In this document: piece after piece, positions 15,811-16,486 of the stretch
Position numbering within the stretch: position 1 is the first letter of the stretch
Layout of the letters: every line of letters starts with the position of its first letter
Program-made: the position numbers and the translations under genes
Virus record (IMG/VR): IMGVR_UViG_2740892258_000006
Source: a virus
Lineage: Duplodnaviria > Heunggongvirae > Uroviricota > Caudoviricetes
Direction: 5' to 3' (one strand)
Length of the DNA: 16,486 nt
The notes under the pieces: model-generated
Seen by the model: only the letters and a program-made list of their open reading frames with translations
The model's database searches: none
Told to the model about the DNA's origin: nothing

Positions 15811-16486
15811 ATGAAACTTAACGACAGTAACTTATTCCGCCAGCAGGCGTTGATTAACGGGGAATGGCTGGACGCCAACAATGGCGAGGTCATCGACGTC
15901 ACCAATCCGGCGAACGGCGACAAGCTGGGTAGCGTGCCGAAAATGGGCGCTGATGAAACCCGCGCCGCTATCGACGCCGCCAACCGCGCCCTGCCCGTCT
16001 GGCGTGCGCTCACTGCCAAAGAACGCGCCAACATTCTGCGCAACTGGTTCAATTTAATGATGGAGCATCAGGACGATTTAGCGCGCCTGATGACCCTCGA
16101 ACAGGGCAAACCACTGGCTGAAGCGAAAGGCGAAATCAGCTACGCCGCCTCATTTATTGAGTGGTTTGCAGAAGAAGGCAAACGTATTTATGGCGACACC
16201 ATTCCCGGTCATCAGGCCGATAAACGCCTGATTGTTATCAAGCAGCCGATTGGCGTCACCGCGGCTATCACGCCGTGGAACTTCCCGGCGGCGATGATTA
16301 CCCGTAAAGCCGGTCCGGCGCTGGCGGCAGGCTGCACGATGGTGCTGAAGCCCGCCAGTCAGACGCCGTTCTCTGCGCTGGCGCTGGCAGAACTGGCGAT
16401 TCGCGCGGGCGTTCCGGCTGGCGTGTTTAACGTAGTCACCGGTTCGGCGGGCGCGGTCGGTAACGAACTGACCAGCAACCCGCTGG
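15811..16486 (+). CDS. gabD: Succinate-semialdehyde dehydrogenase GabD, 5' partial (continues beyond window)
   Basis: ATG 15811 with AGGA upstream; MKLNDSNLFRQQALINGEWLDANNGEVIDVTNPANG...; aldehyde dehydrogenase N-terminal region; no stop before window end. Confidence 0.9.
   Translation, partial: MKLNDSNLFRQQALINGEWLDANNGEVIDVTNPANGDKLGSVPKMGADETRAAIDAANRALPVWRALTAKERANILRNWFNLMMEHQDDLARLMTLEQGKPLAEAKGEISYAASFIEWFAEEGKRIYGDTIPGHQADKRLIVIKQPIGVTAAITPWNFPAAMITRKAGPALAAGCTMVLKPASQTPFSALALAELAIRAGVPAGVFNVVTGSAGAVGNELTSNPL

Overview
The window is the right-hand end of a lambdoid prophage (1 to about 12850) joined to conserved Escherichia-type chromosome (csiD/glaH, lhgO, 5' part of gabD; 13523-16486). 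Reading leftwards on the minus strand from a divergent cI/cro immunity switch (about 5000-5100, two 17-bp TGTACC-type operators) are cro-like, CII-like, two small proteins (one PerC-like), a Dam-type N6-adenine methyltransferase, a LexA-DBD protein, RusA, a KilA-N protein, a Cys/His-rich DUF968-like protein and the N-terminus of a lambda Q-type antiterminator. Rightwards on the plus strand are the cI-like S24 repressor, an antisense LprI-like secreted moron, yfdQ-like and yfdR-like (HD) genes, an AT-rich multi-TM moron, xis and a tyrosine integrase. The most interesting element is a tightly coupled three-gene cargo operon (10792-12662, minus strand) between int and a tmRNA (ssrA) 3'-end-like att remnant: a GHKL-type ATPase with an unassigned N-terminal domain, a small STAS-like protein and a membrane-anchored protein. 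I cannot assign it to any named system; it is a candidate uncharacterised defence or partner-switching module. A second striking signal is eight perfect tandem duplications (six of exactly 56 bp, one of 50 bp, one of 11 bp) that frameshift five prophage genes while host, integrase and cargo genes are intact. All calls rest on reading the sequence and the ORF track plus recalled family features; no searches were run.
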